A stretch of 64,000 nucleotides of DNA, from assembly GCA_963810935.1 (NCBI GenBank), contig CAWEPK010000008.1:767483-831482 (forward strand), given 5' to 3'. Below, piece after piece: positions 62,037 through 64,000 of this stretch; within the stretch, counting starts at the first letter, position 1, and each line of letters starts with the position of its first letter. A program made the translations under genes and the position numbers. The DNA is from an uncultured delta proteobacterium (lineage in GTDB: Bacteria; Desulfobacterota; Syntrophorhabdia; Syntrophorhabdales; WCHB1-27). The notes beneath the pieces are model-generated. The model saw only the letters and a list, made by a program, of their open reading frames with translations. It ran no database searches and had not been told where the DNA came from.

Positions 62037-62708
62037 TCACGGTTCAGCTAAGCCTAATCCCCGTAAAATAAAGTCAACCATGGTGTCGCGAACCTCCTCG
62101 GACGACTTGTGTTTCACAGTCCAGCCCCTCATAGGCTGAAAAAGCTGAAGGAAAAGAATTTCGTTTGCCAGAACCTCGATGTCGCCCTTGATCGGCCTAT
62201 CCGCGTTTACCGCTTCCAGAAGACCACGCCAGAACATGACGCTATGCTCGTAGTCAAGTTTCAAAACAGTGCGCAGGTGCTCTCTTTCCATATTCTTGCT
62301 TTCGGTGATGACAAAACGGAAGAGACTACCATTCTCAAGAATGAAATCCAAAGAGCTGCGAAGGGCGGCTCTCAGCCTTTCTATCGGATCCCCTATGCTC
62401 TCGACCTTCAGCGTCTTCAAATACTCGCGCCACAACTTGATCATGTGCTTATGAAGCAGATAAAGCACGTCGTCTTTTGAGGATACGTAGTGGTAAAACT
62501 GGCCCATGGACATTTCGCACGCTTCTGCGAGCTCTCGGGTCGTAGTCGGGTGAAACCCTTTTTTGAAAAGGACCTTGGATGTCCCTGCAACGATTCTTTC
62601 GTGTTTATCCTCGATAAGCTTGGCATTCTTCGAAGAGGACAGAAGAAGATCGTCGGATAGTTCAACTGCCTGCCCTTTCTTACTTGATTTTTTCACGTTA
62701 GGAACCAT
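62037..62708 (-). CDS. TetR/AcrR family transcriptional regulator
   Basis: F.KKGFHPTTTRELAEAC.MSMG.FYHY..SKDDVL HTH. Confidence 0.92.
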   Translation of the reverse strand: MVPNVKKSSKKGQAVELSDDLLLSSSKNAKLIEDKHERIVAGTSKVLFKKGFHPTTTRELAEACEMSMGQFYHYVSSKDDVLYLLHKHMIKLWREYLKTLKVESIGDPIERLRAALRSSLDFILENGSLFRFVITESKNMEREHLRTVLKLDYEHSVMFWRGLLEAVNADRPIKGDIEVLANEILFLQLFQPMRGWTVKHKSSEEVRDTMVDFILRGLGLAEP

Positions 62709-62827
62709 AAGTCATTTCTCCTGATCGACCAAGTGAATGGGAAAACTGTCGCAGATCCATTCGTTTTGTAGTCTTCCATCATCACAGGTCAGTCATTCCA
62801 TAAGTACAGTTCCAGCCAACTTTCCTC

Positions 62828-63646
62828 CTACACGCCCCACTTAACACCCGCGCTGGCCAGACTTGCACCTGCTACGTCAACGACGGCAGCACCCCCATCG
62901 ATCAGGAGGACTGATCCTGTCATAAAGGACGAGTCATCACTCGCCAGATAGCTGCAGATACCCGTGATCTCCTCAGGCGCCGCAAAACGCCGCAAGGGGA
63001 GGTTAGAGGATATCACCTTGAACACCCCGTCCAGATCCGTGTTGAGGGTTTTTTTCAGGCGGCCGAGTGAATGTTCCGTCATGGTAGTCCTAACGCCGCC
63101 CGGACATACGACATTGCTTCTGACTTTGTAAGGCCCGTAATCCATAGCGACCTGCTGAGTAAGCATGATCAGGCCCGCCTTTGACGACGCGTATGCCGGC
63201 ATACCGGTCAGACAGCGGAGACCGCCGATAGAGGCGATGTTTATGATCGAACCTCCTCCGTTCTCGATCATATGCGGTATAGCTGCCTTCATAAGAAGGA
63301 AGGGGCCGGTTAGGTTTGTCTCGATCATCCTGCGCCACAGCTCCGGATCGACGTTGACTACAGTTCCGCCCTGGTCTATGGCTGCGTTGTTCACCAGTAC
63401 GTCAATTTTGCCTCCGAAGTCCACAGTTGCTTTCACCATCCGAGCGGCATCTTCCAAGTTTGAGACATCGCCGGCGCAGGTTGTCGCTGAGCCCGCCGGG
63501 AGATCACCGGCTATCTTGTCAAGTTTTGCCTGGTTTCGCCCCGTTATGCAAACTCTCGCTCCATCCGCGACGAATCGCTGCGCAATCGCACTGCCTATGC
63601 CCTGACCTCCCCCCGTTATGAGCGCTACTTTTCTGTTTAGATTCAC
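62828..63646 (-). CDS. Short-chain dehydrogenase/reductase (SDR)
   Basis: TGGGQGIG, NNAA, YASSK, VCPG, IDGG. Confidence 0.93.
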   Translation of the reverse strand: MNLNRKVALITGGGQGIGSAIAQRFVADGARVCITGRNQAKLDKIAGDLPAGSATTCAGDVSNLEDAARMVKATVDFGGKIDVLVNNAAIDQGGTVVNVDPELWRRMIETNLTGPFLLMKAAIPHMIENGGGSIINIASIGGLRCLTGMPAYASSKAGLIMLTQQVAMDYGPYKVRSNVVCPGGVRTTMTEHSLGRLKKTLNTDLDGVFKVISSNLPLRRFAAPEEITGICSYLASDDSSFMTGSVLLIDGGAAVVDVAGASLASAGVKWGV

Positions 63647-63757
63647 GTCTTCATCTCCTTATCCAAAAAACAGGACTCAAAATTAAAGAGCCTCTATATG
63701 CCATGGAAAAACCGGTCAGCCGTCAATCCCGACCGACGGTGTCGTGGATCTCCCACA

Positions 63758-63811
63758 TCGATCAACCACTCGATCTATATACTTTAACAGATTGTTGAGC
63801 CGAATTGTCAA
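63758..63811 (-). promoter_or_regulatory. sigma70 promoter plus third operator copy upstream of SDR-tetR
   Basis: Minus strand TTGACA (63806-63811) and TAGATCGAGTGGTTGATCGA (63758-63777). Confidence 0.68.
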
Positions 63812-63889
63812 GCAATTTTGGACTTAAACTATAGGGTGCGGCGACCCGGGAAGCAGTGAGTTCCCCCGCCTTTTCTGGAGCATGAGCTG

Positions 63890-63936
63890 CCAAAATTAGG
63901 TTTGTATGGGTGTCCGGATGAAGGGGGGCTACTCCA
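63890..63936 (-). mobile_element. Solo inverted copy of the left end (IRL) of the same IS3 element
   Basis: Reverse complement TGGAGTAGCCCCC..CCGGACACCCATACAAACCTAATTTTGG matches 57321-57368 almost base for base, then similarity stops. Confidence 0.88.
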
Positions 63937-64000
63937 GGGTATAAATAGGGCAGAAATTATGGTTCGTACGATTCTTATCAGTATAACAAGACTTGATTTT

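Noticed and set aside
1..64000. CRISPR array, rRNA, tRNA, defence systems
   Set aside because: No regularly spaced direct repeats, RNA gene signatures or recognisable defence genes seen by eye

Overview
GC-rich bacterial window whose gene content fits an anaerobic deltaproteobacterium-like organism (Syntrophorhabdus-like is an inference only). In order it contains: an IorAB-type Mo-oxidoreductase; a cobalamin riboswitch directly controlling a ferredoxin + aldehyde:ferredoxin oxidoreductase (AOR) operon; a ~13 kb operon joining alternative complex III (actBCDFA..E) to a cbb3-like heme-copper oxidase and its Cu-ATPase; recQ; and a ~12 kb lipid cluster. The lipid cluster has CerR-like reductase, Spt-like and bCerS-like genes (a ceramide pathway), two tandem stand-alone HxxxD condensation/acyltransferase paralogues, a LolA-like + ABC + outer-membrane barrel export set and a FabZ-like protein, and is the best candidate for an undescribed system. 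Further on are two TRAP/acyl-CoA-ligase modules, a mosaic region with a lytic-transglycosylase gene pair, and a catabolic island (CoA ligase, BzdNO/HgdAB-like pair, thiolase/ECH/HAD, TetR, SDR) tied together by a recurring 20-bp palindromic operator. That island carries an intact IS3-family (IS2-like) element with 5-bp target duplication and an inverted solo copy of its left end. About ten genes have single-base frameshifts, most likely assembly errors. No rRNA, tRNA or CRISPR array was seen.
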